DNA from: a bacterium
Lineage (GTDB): Bacteria > Patescibacteriota > Patescibacteriia > UBA9934
NCBI GenBank assembly: GCA_043818555.1
Contig: JBDRFP010000002.1
Location: 16,774-80,773 of the forward strand
Reading direction: 5' to 3'
DNA length: 64,000 bases
Within the stretch, counting starts at the first letter, position 1. Every line of letters starts with the position of its first letter. Shown here in pieces: positions 10,413-20,197 of the stretch. The notes beneath the pieces are model-generated. The model had not been told where the DNA came from. It was given only the letters and a program-made list of their open reading frames with translations, and did not search any database. Made by a program: the position numbers and the translations under genes.

Positions 10413-10862
10413 TCACAACCCAAGAGCTTCATCGATGGCTTTGTTTACCATTGCGTCCGCCTCCTTGTTAAACTCACGTCTCACATGAGAAAATCTGATT
10501 TCGCGAAACTTTTGTTTAAAGTTGTGGATCTCCAAAAAATATTCTGCGAGCTTGGCGTTTTTCACCCTATACTCGCCGTTTAATTGTTTGACTGCCAATT
10601 CTGAATCGAGCCTGACATCGATTGACTCAATCCCAAGCTCTTTTGCTTTTTTAAGACCATAAACGATTGCGGAGTACTCAGCCTGATTGTTGGTTGCAGT
10701 GCCAAGGTAAACTCCCTGTTCGAAAATTTTCGGTCCAAGACTTCCGTCCGCATCAAGTTCAAATAAAACAAAACCTGCCGCAGCCGGCCCGGGATTCCCC
10801 CGCGCTCCTCCGTCAGCGAACAATCGTGCTCGTTTTAAGCCCATACGGATATATTGTATCAC
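10413..10862 (-). CDS. rnhA: Ribonuclease HI
   Basis: Catalytic N-terminal motif LFADGGARGNPGPAAAGFVL and the RNase H fold. The start may be the internal Met (MGLKRA). Confidence 0.85.
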   Translation of the reverse strand: MIQYIRMGLKRARLFADGGARGNPGPAAAGFVLFELDADGSLGPKIFEQGVYLGTATNNQAEYSAIVYGLKKAKELGIESIDVRLDSELAVKQLNGEYRVKNAKLAEYFLEIHNFKQKFREIRFSHVRREFNKEADAMVNKAIDEALGL

Positions 10863-10948
10863 GAAGTGGAATAAGGTGAAAAAGTGAGATGAGGTGAAAT
10901 ATAAAACCCCATCGACTATTACTAGTCAACGGGGTCGAGTCGTCCACT

Positions 10949-13009
10949 TTACGATGAACGAATTCTGTAGTACTCGTCGCGGTGGACGAGATACTCCTCA
11001 AGCATGAACCCTACGAGGATTTCGTCGTCGTAGAGCCAGCGGAAAACTTCTTCCTCCGGATTCCGCTCGAACATACGCTGGAGCTCCTTATTCGTTACGC
11101 CAAGCAGTGAACAGTACCTACTGCGCTCGGCGCTTTCCGACACATCCTCCCAGCGCGGGTAGAACTCAAAGTCGGTTGACTCCGTGTCAGCGTACGCTTC
11201 TCTGCGCCCCTCAACCTCAATCGAGAGGTAAAACAGATGCAGAAGGTCCTTCCCAATGCGGCGAACAAACGGGAGGTACTCGTCCTTTGTGATGCCAGCC
11301 CTTGGACGATCTGTAGGGCTGCGGATCTCTGCAAACAGCATATCCCGCAACGCCTGCCTGTATTTCAAATCACCTGCAATCCTGCGAGCATCGGCCTTTG
11401 CAATCCTTGCAAACGAATCCACAACGGTCGATCGCCACAGGTTGATCTCCATGTCCTCGTGGCTTTCGATAAGCCCGGGCAGGCCCTCCACGAGCGCGCT
11501 CGCGGGCAGCAGGCTGGCGTAGCACGCCATAAACTCGGGCGTAATCTCTACAAGGCCGCTGCGGAGTAGACCCTTCATTGAGCGCTCGTCCAACCCTCTC
11601 TCGAAAATCATTCGGATCACTTCTTCGCGGTATGAAGGACAGGCTTTGGGCAAAAAGTCGACGACCATGCGCAAAGGCAGCACTTCTGCTTCAATAACCG
11701 ACAACCAATCTTCAGGGTTCAACATAGCCCAGTCAATGGCTCCGGCAACCGTATTTCGGAGGTATTTTTCCCGCTCGGACTCTCTCAGCCCTTCCGGGAA
11801 GTCAAACTCCCCGCCCCTTGCCGCCATCAGCGCATTTTCCGAGTTGAGCATCGCCTGGTCGTCTGTCAGAGCCAGAAAGACGATTTCAAGAGTGTGCTCG
11901 TCGATTGTATCCGTTCTTATTTTGCAAAGACTTCGGATTCCGTCCTCAATGGTTCTATGCACGATCACGAGCTCAGAATCACTAGGATCCCAGCCACGGC
12001 CGATCAGGCGTCCTACAACTCGCCTGGCCAGATCGTTCCCGGGTTCCTCCAGACGAATTTGCTTCATGGACTCCTGAAACTCTTCTAGGTCCACAAAGTC
12101 CTTGTCCGGTCCGTTGATGACTGCGAGAAGAATCTGCGCATTGATCCATGTACGCTCAATGGACTGCGTTTGCTGTCCGAACGCGTTCTCGGGGATTTCC
12201 TCAAGCTTCTTTGGCAGCCTACTGAAAGCTTCTGCCATCATAGTGTAGCGCAGCATCGTTTCACGGGCGTTTACAATTCTTGTAACACTGTTCGGATTTC
12301 CCCTTCCGAAAATGTCCAACTTTGACGCACCCGAACTCAGAAAGTCCAGCTTTCCGCCCTGCGCAGAGAGCATCGGCATTGGCGTGGCGCGTACGAAATG
12401 AGTGTACGAATTTTCGAAATCTTCGCAGAATCGCCCAATTGCTTCACCAAGCGCGCGAGCTTCCTTCACCATCCGCCCAAAGAACTGGGCGACAGGTGGA
12501 ACAAGCACATTACTCAGAAGATCAACGCCCTGCGCGTCCTGCCTGGAGATTTCTAGCCGCGCGATGATGTCATTTCCAAGCCCCAGGTCAGCCCAGGCTT
12601 GCTTGCTAAGCTTCATTCCAGGCTGTATGCCAATCTTGAGAGCATGATTCACAGCATGAACCACTTCGCGCTCAAATGCGTCTGCGGCCTCCCCCATGTC
12701 CTCGAACGAAAGGGCCAGACCGGCATTTACCAACGAATCGGTCTTTTGGCAAATGCGCTCAAAGTCAGATTCGCTCTCAATGTTCAGCCCCATAGCTTTC
12801 CCAATCACCTCAAGCAACTTGTACATACCGCGAATCACGGCTTCGCGAACAGGAAACTCGCTCCAAGTTACCTGGCCGCACATAGTTGTCGTGACCGGAG
12901 CGTAGCGGCGAATCAGCTCCGCATACAGCTCGGTAAACGGCGCACCGCTCGATTCCTCGATCACCCGCGCCACAGGCACGAGCGCCGTGGTATATTCTTC
13001 GTGAGTCAT
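10949..13009 (-). CDS. Hypothetical large protein (686 aa), high GC
   Basis: Long ORF with GC near 58-60% against a background near 42%. No recognisable catalytic motif. Predicted mainly alpha-helical. Confidence 0.6.
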   Translation of the reverse strand: MTHEEYTTALVPVARVIEESSGAPFTELYAELIRRYAPVTTTMCGQVTWSEFPVREAVIRGMYKLLEVIGKAMGLNIESESDFERICQKTDSLVNAGLALSFEDMGEAADAFEREVVHAVNHALKIGIQPGMKLSKQAWADLGLGNDIIARLEISRQDAQGVDLLSNVLVPPVAQFFGRMVKEARALGEAIGRFCEDFENSYTHFVRATPMPMLSAQGGKLDFLSSGASKLDIFGRGNPNSVTRIVNARETMLRYTMMAEAFSRLPKKLEEIPENAFGQQTQSIERTWINAQILLAVINGPDKDFVDLEEFQESMKQIRLEEPGNDLARRVVGRLIGRGWDPSDSELVIVHRTIEDGIRSLCKIRTDTIDEHTLEIVFLALTDDQAMLNSENALMAARGGEFDFPEGLRESEREKYLRNTVAGAIDWAMLNPEDWLSVIEAEVLPLRMVVDFLPKACPSYREEVIRMIFERGLDERSMKGLLRSGLVEITPEFMACYASLLPASALVEGLPGLIESHEDMEINLWRSTVVDSFARIAKADARRIAGDLKYRQALRDMLFAEIRSPTDRPRAGITKDEYLPFVRRIGKDLLHLFYLSIEVEGRREAYADTESTDFEFYPRWEDVSESAERSRYCSLLGVTNKELQRMFERNPEEEVFRWLYDDEILVGFMLEEYLVHRDEYYRIRSS

Positions 13010-13159
13010 CTTGTCTCCAATTGTTGTGCGAGCTTAGCCCGCGATGTAATGAACTTTCTTGTCGATTGCTGAAGCAATGACAATGACAATTACTATAACT
13101 TTGGATGAAGATTGATTTTCATTCCTTGGTCATGGTCACTGTCATAGTCATAGTTTCGT

Positions 13160-13214
13160 GTTAAGAAACGACCCGGCCCCGTCCATCTTGCAATGGATAG
13201 AGCCGGGCAAGTTT
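13160..13214 (-). terminator. Rho-independent terminator after the 326-aa acidic protein gene (CCCGGC...nested TCCAT-TGCAAG-ATGGA...GCCGGG followed by TCGTTTCTT)
   Basis: GC-rich stem with a nested stem directly downstream of the stop at 13215. Confidence 0.45.
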
Positions 13215-14195
13215 TCAGATCAGGTCGTCATCGTCGTCCGCGGAAGCCTGTTCTGCCTCCTGGAACGATGTGACTTCCTGCCGCACTCGCTCGCGCGCCG
13301 CGCGCAGATCCTTCTGCGCGGCGCGGAGCATGTCATCCGTGGTGAGGATCATATCCCCCTCCTCAACGAACTCCAGATATTCCTCCTGGAGTTCTTCGTT
13401 GAGCCCTACAAGCTCTAACAACTCCGTGATTCGATGGTCGAAGAAGTCGCCGTCGATGGCTTCGGCATCCCCTTCCTCATCTTCCTCATCTTCATCTTCC
13501 TCGTCCTCATCCTCGGAAATCCCCTGGATCTCGTGGAATATGGCCGAGAATAGGTAAGCTTTCAAGCTCACGCCCTGAGCGACTACCTCTTCGAGAAGCT
13601 CGCGGAAGTCGTCTCGCTCCGAGAGCTTGCGCCCCCATGCGAGAATTCGCGCCATGATGGACGCATCCAGATCCGCGAACGGGATCATGTCATCGATACC
13701 GGAATATTCACCTTCGCCGTCGCCTTCGGATTCACCGGGATCGCCTTCGCTCCCAAGGGCATCGAATGCCGTAGAAGCAGCTGCTGCTGCGTCCAGGTCC
13801 CGACCATCGGCCTCGTCCTTGAGCTCCTTTCGGAGCGCGGCAAGCACTGCTTCCTTCGAAGCTACAACGAACATCGAGCTCGGCAGGTCGCCCTGCAAAA
13901 GCAGTAGGTCTCCCAGATGCACTGTGGCGATGTGGTCGCTGAGCAACTCATGCGCTTGCTCGTTCGTGTGCTCACCCACCACCACCTCGACCACTCGGGC
14001 GCGTTCCCCAACGAGGAGCCCGCCCTTGCCAATCGACAACGGCTTGCACAGCATGAGCGCCGCCTTCGGGTCTGCCCTGACCGCTGCCTTGGCGACCGGG
14101 TCAAACTCGTCGCGGAACAATCTGGCCGCGTCGCGCCCGCCTCTTTGAAGGGCGTTCACAGCTTCAGATACCTGAAGATCGAATTTCTTGCTCAT
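13215..14195 (-). CDS. Hypothetical highly acidic protein (326 aa) with an Asp/Glu run (DEDEEDEDEEDEEGD)
   Basis: ORF in the same GC-rich block, about 65-70% GC. Contains acidic low-complexity tracts. Confidence 0.6.
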   Translation of the reverse strand: MSKKFDLQVSEAVNALQRGGRDAARLFRDEFDPVAKAAVRADPKAALMLCKPLSIGKGGLLVGERARVVEVVVGEHTNEQAHELLSDHIATVHLGDLLLLQGDLPSSMFVVASKEAVLAALRKELKDEADGRDLDAAAAASTAFDALGSEGDPGESEGDGEGEYSGIDDMIPFADLDASIMARILAWGRKLSERDDFRELLEEVVAQGVSLKAYLFSAIFHEIQGISEDEDEEDEDEEDEEGDAEAIDGDFFDHRITELLELVGLNEELQEEYLEFVEEGDMILTTDDMLRAAQKDLRAARERVRQEVTSFQEAEQASADDDDDLI

Positions 14196-14203
14196 CTCAC
14201 CTC

Positions 14204-14722
14204 CTATCGGTAAATGCTGAGTTTGGTGTTTCGCGCCATGGCTAGGATGTCGTGGAGCTCGGCCAATAGCGCCTTACCAACCGCTAGTCCTGCCAAGGCA
14301 TTCAAGAATGCGCTCACATTGGCGTTGTTAGGCTTTACCCGAAACCCTTCGCCCAAATCAACTGCCACGCAGCAACTCAGGAAGACCGCGAGATCTGGGC
14401 CCGAAACTGAGTTCGCGAGCCTGAGCGTCATATCGAGCACATCCTCGCCCGCTTCGGGCGTAAGGTATGCATCGAGCGTCTGCCGTCTCCGGTCACGCTC
14501 GTAATCCACATAGGCCTCGAACACATCCCTGAACTCGGAGAACAAGTTCTCCTGAGAGTTCGCTGTCAAGTCCGGATCGAACTCATGAAACAGGTCGTCC
14601 GGATGTTCCTCGTGGTCGTCCGCGTACGGATCGAGCAAGCGCTCGTCCTCTGCAGTCAAGTCACCGAGCCTCATCTTGAATCCACTTGTGCTTGCGGGCC
14701 GTACGATCCTTCTTTTTCCCAT
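14204..14722 (-). CDS. Hypothetical acidic protein (172 aa)
   Basis: Same strand and composition as its neighbours. Separated from the 326-aa gene by 8 nt. Confidence 0.55.
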   Translation of the reverse strand: MGKRRIVRPASTSGFKMRLGDLTAEDERLLDPYADDHEEHPDDLFHEFDPDLTANSQENLFSEFRDVFEAYVDYERDRRRQTLDAYLTPEAGEDVLDMTLRLANSVSGPDLAVFLSCCVAVDLGEGFRVKPNNANVSAFLNALAGLAVGKALLAELHDILAMARNTKLSIYR

Positions 14723-14843
14723 GATTTCTCCTGATTTTATTGGAAAGAACTGTGTCGCAATGACAATTCAGACTAACAAAAATCGGGCGATTTGTCAAGT
14801 AAAAAACCTGCTCCACGACTCTTGGTCGAAAAAGCAGGTTGCT

Positions 14844-15362
14844 TTAGCGCAAAAACACGAATAAATTGCCCGATTCTGCGCCATTCATACCCTCAGGGCC
14901 AACGCCGGAGATCTTTCCCCATAGAGAACGGCCTGGCATATTCGGAAGGGCTATTTCCACTCGATCGAGCGGCAACGGCAATGGCGAATTGAGTTCAATC
15001 GTAGCATGTTTTTCCGAGGGCCCCACCCATGCCACCACCATCACATCCGTACCGGGCGCCGGCTCCAGCCTGGCCTTGTCGCGCATGATTTCTCGCACGC
15101 GCACGCCGGCAGGGTCTGCCTTGAACAAGTCACCAATTGTTTCAACATTTGTCCCGCGATCATAGTTGCGACGCCGAACAAGGTCGGTCAAAATGCCGTA
15201 CGCGTATCTCGCACGCTCAAAACGCTCGGCAGATGCCAGGTCATCTCCGGCAATATCCGGATGAGATTCACGGGCAATGGCTCGAAACGCCCTCTTAATT
15301 TCCCTCTTGGACGCGTCCCGGCTAACGCCAAGAACATCGTACAAACTCTCGTGAGCCATCTT
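14844..15362 (-). CDS. J-domain protein (DnaJ-like co-chaperone domain, about 172 aa) with an uncharacterised C-terminal domain
   Basis: J domain with the HPD motif (MAHESLYDVLGVSRDASKREIKRAFRAIARESHPDIAG). Start placed at the internal Met. The ORF track extends further to 15533. Confidence 0.7.
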   Translation of the reverse strand, partial: KMAHESLYDVLGVSRDASKREIKRAFRAIARESHPDIAGDDLASAERFERARYAYGILTDLVRRRNYDRGTNVETIGDLFKADPAGVRVREIMRDKARLEPAPGTDVMVVAWVGPSEKHATIELNSPLPLPLDRVEIALPNMPGRSLWGKISGVGPEGMNGAESGNLFVFLR

Positions 15363-15626
15363 GACCTCCATGGTTAAAATGAACGAGGAAAAAGAGTAAC
15401 ACAGGCATGACCCATTGTCAAGATTCACGCTCAATTTGACAACATTACCGTTTTTGTTTATCATCCTAGTAAATTCGAATTTCCTACGAATATGATTGCG
15501 AATAAAACAACGCTTACCCGATTGCATCATCATGCAGAACCCTCTTTCAAGAAGAGATCTGTTTGATTTTCGACTACTTTAGAAAACAGACCAGGCCCCT
15601 TCTTGAAAAAGAGGGGTCTTTATTTT

Positions 15627-16478
15627 ATGGAAAAAATCATGCAAATAATCACTAAATACGACGCAAAAGGCAAACAGAATGAATCCTATGCCCAATTGCG
15701 TCAACGCGTCGCCTCAATCGTATCGCAAGGCGAACGGTTAGTGTTGCTTACGTTTACCTGCTCTACAATTAACGCTCAGGAGATGTTTAGTCGTACGCCA
15801 TGGAAGTATGTCGCTCTAGATCCACAAGGCAATAATCTTTCAAACGACATTCAAAGGCTGACACGAATCTTCACCGAAATAAAAACCATTTACCCCAACA
15901 CATCGCTGAAAGTATTAATTGGTAACACGGATCCATACTACATTTATACAAGGCAATTCGATGAACTCGCTTTTGACAAGGCAAGGCTGTGGTATGAGTT
16001 CGAGAAGCGATGGAACATATACAGGTTAAGACTTGAGCAGTGGATCAAAGAGCAGAATCCCGAATGCGACTGCGAAGTAGTCAGTTGGTACGAATTTGAA
16101 AAAGATATCGAAAAAAAAGGACGAAATTTCGAACAAGAATTTGAAGACGCATTATTTGCGATCGATAATTGCGCTAGGCGGTCGGACTTAGACTGGGAGC
16201 TCAGGCAACTTAGTGCCCAGTTTGCTCCCGGCAAATATTTTGACGGCCTTGAACGGCCCGGCGATGATATGCTGCGCGATTGGGTAAGGCGAAAATTTGC
16301 CCAATACGCTGTCCAGGCTTTATGGATTCGGCAATACATGCCAAGCGCAATCCTAATCCAAAATGAAAAACCAAGCGACCTTCGAACATCCATGTACCAA
16401 CCGCTTGTGCGTGAGCAGCTAAATGAAGATTTTCCGGTTTTATATTTTTGTGGGGTTGACAATGAAGGATACCGGTAA
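15627..16478 (+). CDS. Hypothetical protein (283 aa), paralog A of a tandem pair
   Basis: Start moved from the track TTG to the first ATG. The C-terminal half is similar to the downstream ORF (ILIQNEKPSDLRTSMYQ versus ILAQSEKPYDRKDRMYQ). Confidence 0.6.
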   Translation: MEKIMQIITKYDAKGKQNESYAQLRQRVASIVSQGERLVLLTFTCSTINAQEMFSRTPWKYVALDPQGNNLSNDIQRLTRIFTEIKTIYPNTSLKVLIGNTDPYYIYTRQFDELAFDKARLWYEFEKRWNIYRLRLEQWIKEQNPECDCEVVSWYEFEKDIEKKGRNFEQEFEDALFAIDNCARRSDLDWELRQLSAQFAPGKYFDGLERPGDDMLRDWVRRKFAQYAVQALWIRQYMPSAILIQNEKPSDLRTSMYQPLVREQLNEDFPVLYFCGVDNEGYR

Positions 16479-16537
16479 ACAGCTCACCTCCTGAATCATG
16501 CGGCCTTGGCCAAAGGCCTCATGTCAAGGAGGTGAAA

Positions 16538-17326
16538 ATGTGTCCTAGGATTCTCCACAATGGGACGGTACAGACCGCCAACCGCGAACTACGTTCGTGT
16601 GTACATAAAATGACGCCAGCGGACCAAGCAGTTATCGGCATCCTGGAAAAATTCGAGAACGGTTCTGTCGGCAGCTTGTCGATGGTAAATCCGACAGGGG
16701 TGTACAAGCGTATTCAATGTCGACCAATCCAACTTTTAGGATTCTCTTGCCTGGCAACATATTCGGGAAGAGAGGAGCTAATCCCGGAGATCAATCAAAC
16801 CTACTTTTTCCGCAATTCCAAATACGTCAATCGGATCGAACGATTACGCGCGGATTTACTGCGGACAGGGATCGATTTAGAAGTCGAGATCATCCTGCCC
16901 GACACCGAGCCTATCAGAACCTGGGGTTGGGGAACGGATCAGGAAGAACTTACATACTACTGCGAGTGTATGCGTGATGACTTCCAATTGTCTGATGGCT
17001 GGAAAGTAACGATCTGGTCGGAAATCGAAGCTCAACTTGAAAAGCCTATCGACTTTTCGACCTGGGTTGTATGGGCAGGGTCAAAGCCTTTGCTTATCTC
17101 ACAAGTCGTGGCGCACCTTCGACAATTCAAATCAATTAAGTTCCCAAAAGGTGTAGAGTGGTCTGCGCTTCGTCAAGTTGCGGCTTATGCCATGGAAGGA
17201 TTTGTGCTCGAGCAGCTGCGCTCTGAGTCAATACTGGCGCAATCCGAAAAGCCTTACGATCGCAAGGATCGTATGTACCAGTTGTGTCGAAATACTCCGC
17301 TACCAATCATTCACCCATTTATTTAG
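16538..17326 (+). CDS. Hypothetical protein (262 aa), paralog B of the tandem pair
   Basis: SD AAGGAGGTG upstream of the ATG. Similar to the 15627..16478 product. Confidence 0.6.
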   Translation: MCPRILHNGTVQTANRELRSCVHKMTPADQAVIGILEKFENGSVGSLSMVNPTGVYKRIQCRPIQLLGFSCLATYSGREELIPEINQTYFFRNSKYVNRIERLRADLLRTGIDLEVEIILPDTEPIRTWGWGTDQEELTYYCECMRDDFQLSDGWKVTIWSEIEAQLEKPIDFSTWVVWAGSKPLLISQVVAHLRQFKSIKFPKGVEWSALRQVAAYAMEGFVLEQLRSESILAQSEKPYDRKDRMYQLCRNTPLPIIHPFI

Positions 17327-17359
17327 GAGGGGACATGGGACTTCAATGGAGGACGCTAC

Positions 17360-17392
17360 ACCGTAGCGTGGGCGGAATCGCGTGTCACGAAG
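17360..17392 (+). terminator. Rho-independent terminator after the paralog pair (TGTCACGA-AG-TCGTGACA followed by TTTTCC). A second hairpin with a T-run lies at about 17410-17450.
   Basis: 8-bp stem followed by a T-run. Confidence 0.5.
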
Positions 17393-17474
17393 TCGTGACA
17401 TTTTCCTCCGATAGCTTAGGCTGTCGGGGGATTTTTCTTTTGAGTCGAAGGTCAGAATGTCAAAAGTCTAACCT

Positions 17475-19208
17475 CTAACACCCAGCCCCTAGCTCCTCTG
17501 AGATACGCAGGTCTACCACGTGGCCCTGCAAACTTCGATTGCCGTTCCACTCGTTCACATTGATCTCGTAGACCACATCGATCATGTCTCCCATGTTCAA
17601 CTTCTTAGCCCATTTACCAAAGCCAAATGCAATCATATTCCAAACAGACCCTTCAGGAGGATTCACACTTAGCTTTAAATGCTTACCCTCCTTCCCAACA
17701 GCGTTAGCCGTCATCACTTGAAGCCCGCGGGCGACAAAAAGAGGTTTGGGGTTGCCCTTTCCAAACGGAGCAAATCTCTGCAATGTTTCATAAAGTTCCC
17801 AGTCGATCTTGCCGAGCGGCAACTCGGCATCGATCTCAATTGCCGACTGCGGCTCGTTAATTCCAAAAAACTCATCAGCAAACTCGGTGACTTTTTGACG
17901 AAATTGCTCGACATGATCAAGCGTCGCCAGCGATAGCCCGCATGCCTGAGGATGGCCACCGGCTTTGATAAAAATATCACCGCACGAGTGCATTGCCTCC
18001 ACCAAATGGAGTCCACCCGCACTACGACCCGACCCAACAAACTGATTTTCAATCTTGGTAAGCGCAAAAGCTGGCACGCCAAACTCACTCACCAACTTCC
18101 CTGCTACCAAACCAACTATCCCCGGCGCCCACACCTCGCTCCACACAATGTATACTGAGCACTTTTGATCCTCCACAACCATTTCACGCGCTTCGGCATA
18201 CGCGACTTCGGTCGCTTTTTGGCGTTCACGATTTAAGATTTCGAGCTCAGCGGCGCGGTCGGCAGCCTCACGATCATCAGTCGCGATTAAGGTCTTAAAC
18301 GCAATTTCCGCCGACGACATGCGCCCAGCTGCGTTGAGGCGTGGCCCAATCCTGAATCCAATCGCCTGCGTATCAATTTCGCCCAACTTAGTTCGTGAAG
18401 ACTCGATGATCTTTTTTAACCCTGGCCGCCGAGTCTTATTGAGTACCACAAGCCCAAACTTTTCAAGTGCCCGATTCTCACCTGTGATCGGCATAACATC
18501 GGTAACTGTTGCGATTGCGACCAAATCGAGATACCACTTTTCGTGTCCGTCCGGCAGGTCAGCGCCGCGTTTTCGAGCTTCACGAATTAACGCTGTCGCA
18601 AACTTAAACGCTACGCCTGTGCCGCAAAGATCTTTATTTGGATACGCGTCCTCGAGCAGCGGATGGATAATCGTCGCGCGTGCAGGCAGATCACTAGCGA
18701 GCTGATGGTGGTCGCAAATAATTACATCCATGCCAAGCTCGTGCGCGCGATTCAGCTCACTGGCGTTCGATGTACCGCAGTCGACTGTTATGATTAAATT
18801 GACACCATCCCGATGCAATTTATCGATCGTATGCATTACCACGCCATAACCGTCGCGCTCTCGATCAGGCAGGTAAGCTTCGACATCGAGTGCCGAACCG
18901 CGTAGCCCGACTCCCGGTGTCGAGCTAGCCACGTCATGCAACACATTCCAAAGCAAAGCCGATCCGCAAACGCCATCAGCGTCGTAATCACCATGAACAA
19001 CTATTTTATCACCTCGCTCTAAAGCCAAAAAAACGCGATCTACCGCGTCCTGCATTTTTCTGAATAGCGACGGGTCAAGCACATCCTCCCACCTTGGATG
19101 TAAGAAATCCTCTCTGTCCTCCGTCTTAATCCGACGGTTGAGCAAAAGCTGCTCAACAACATCGTCCGACCTTCGCTCAGCTACTTTCCATTGTTTATTC
19201 ATGCACAA
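17475..19208 (-). CDS. recJ: Single-stranded-DNA-specific exonuclease RecJ
   Basis: 577 aa. DHH motifs (HGDYDADGVCGSALL, ITVDCGT, DHHQ) and a DHHA1 C-terminal region. Confidence 0.9.
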   Translation of the reverse strand: MCMNKQWKVAERRSDDVVEQLLLNRRIKTEDREDFLHPRWEDVLDPSLFRKMQDAVDRVFLALERGDKIVVHGDYDADGVCGSALLWNVLHDVASSTPGVGLRGSALDVEAYLPDRERDGYGVVMHTIDKLHRDGVNLIITVDCGTSNASELNRAHELGMDVIICDHHQLASDLPARATIIHPLLEDAYPNKDLCGTGVAFKFATALIREARKRGADLPDGHEKWYLDLVAIATVTDVMPITGENRALEKFGLVVLNKTRRPGLKKIIESSRTKLGEIDTQAIGFRIGPRLNAAGRMSSAEIAFKTLIATDDREAADRAAELEILNRERQKATEVAYAEAREMVVEDQKCSVYIVWSEVWAPGIVGLVAGKLVSEFGVPAFALTKIENQFVGSGRSAGGLHLVEAMHSCGDIFIKAGGHPQACGLSLATLDHVEQFRQKVTEFADEFFGINEPQSAIEIDAELPLGKIDWELYETLQRFAPFGKGNPKPLFVARGLQVMTANAVGKEGKHLKLSVNPPEGSVWNMIAFGFGKWAKKLNMGDMIDVVYEINVNEWNGNRSLQGHVVDLRISEELGAGC

Positions 19209-19257
19209 ATCTTACCAGAAAAAAAAGAAGCGCGCCACTTGGACGCGCACTAGTAGG

Positions 19258-19920
19258 TTACCCTGTCATTCTCGGGTTCAGAGCCTCTTGGAGTCTCTGT
19301 ACGATTCGTTCATGAGTCGGGATCTCTCCGCTGATCACCGGGTCGTCGCAATCAACGAAGACGCCTTCCTCGTTCTGCCTTTGGAACTTGCGGAAGTAGA
19401 GAGTCTTTCCGCTTTTTGACGGCCTACTGGCTACAATGGACTCACCGTCCCAGTTCTTCCAGTACGCCAGGAAGTGGTCCATGGTTCTGCCAAGCCACCA
19501 AGCCTTTGCCGGGGCCTGTTCGACCCCCTCCACAAGAGAATTGCGACCGACAAAAATTCTGTACACCGTTAGGCTCTTTTCGATTTTCTGACACGCGTCA
19601 TACTCATCTTCAAAAAACCATGTTGACACAACCGGGGACAAGCCGCCAGGATGCTGTCTCCTGTTGGGGCTACCCCTGAAGCATACCCGGTCATCAACTT
19701 TGACATCTCGAGTTCTATCCGGTACATAGTCTACCCCGACCATCCGACCGCGTTCCGTTACCCAGGCGAACTTTTGATTGTCCACCTTGAAATAGTATTC
19801 GAGCCCAGACTCATCTTCTGTGATGAACCCATAGCCCATATTTGGGTTGTACCACCTTACAACTCCTCGTCGACACTTTGGCCACTCTCTTGTCTCTCTA
19901 TCCCTGTCATTCACCATCAT
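19258..19920 (-). CDS. Cold-shock-domain protein with a long C-terminal extension
   Basis: N-terminal CSD (RGVVRWYNPNMGYGFITEDESGLEYYF). 220 aa, with GC above background. Confidence 0.65.
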   Translation of the reverse strand: MMVNDRDRETREWPKCRRGVVRWYNPNMGYGFITEDESGLEYYFKVDNQKFAWVTERGRMVGVDYVPDRTRDVKVDDRVCFRGSPNRRQHPGGLSPVVSTWFFEDEYDACQKIEKSLTVYRIFVGRNSLVEGVEQAPAKAWWLGRTMDHFLAYWKNWDGESIVASRPSKSGKTLYFRKFQRQNEEGVFVDCDDPVISGEIPTHERIVQRLQEALNPRMTG

Positions 19921-20197
19921 TTCCTCCGCTTTGACACTGAATTGTGACGCTAAAGTGTATCACTAAATTAGATTCCTGTCAACAAAACAACCGCCAAGGA
20001 CGGTCGTTTTATTCAAGCATCTAGAAGCCGAAGCTAAGACTGAAAAACACCATTGTAAAAGCGATTATGGCCGCAACCACTGCCCACCCTGTCCGAACCT
20101 TTGGTTGTTTTTTCATACAGATTGATTATATCAGATCGTAAATCTACTGACTACTGCCTCCTGACTTTATGACTTTCAACTTTCTGACTTTAGACTC

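Noticed and set aside
15575-15626. Hairpin CCCCTTCTTGAAAAAGAGGGG plus T-run upstream of 15627 as a terminator
   Set aside because: The orientation fits neither flanking gene end. More likely part of the 5-prime UTR or promoter region of the plus-strand paralog pair. Left unassigned.
15627-17326. Resemblance of the tandem paralogs to cyclodipeptide synthases
   Set aside because: Only vague similarity in length. The conserved CDPS Gly-x-Ser / Tyr / Glu residues could not be aligned convincingly.
20021-20115. Small hydrophobic peptide on the minus strand between the CSD gene and lepA
   Set aside because: Careful re-translation gives only 16 codons before a stop. The apparent 31-aa peptide was a frame miscount.
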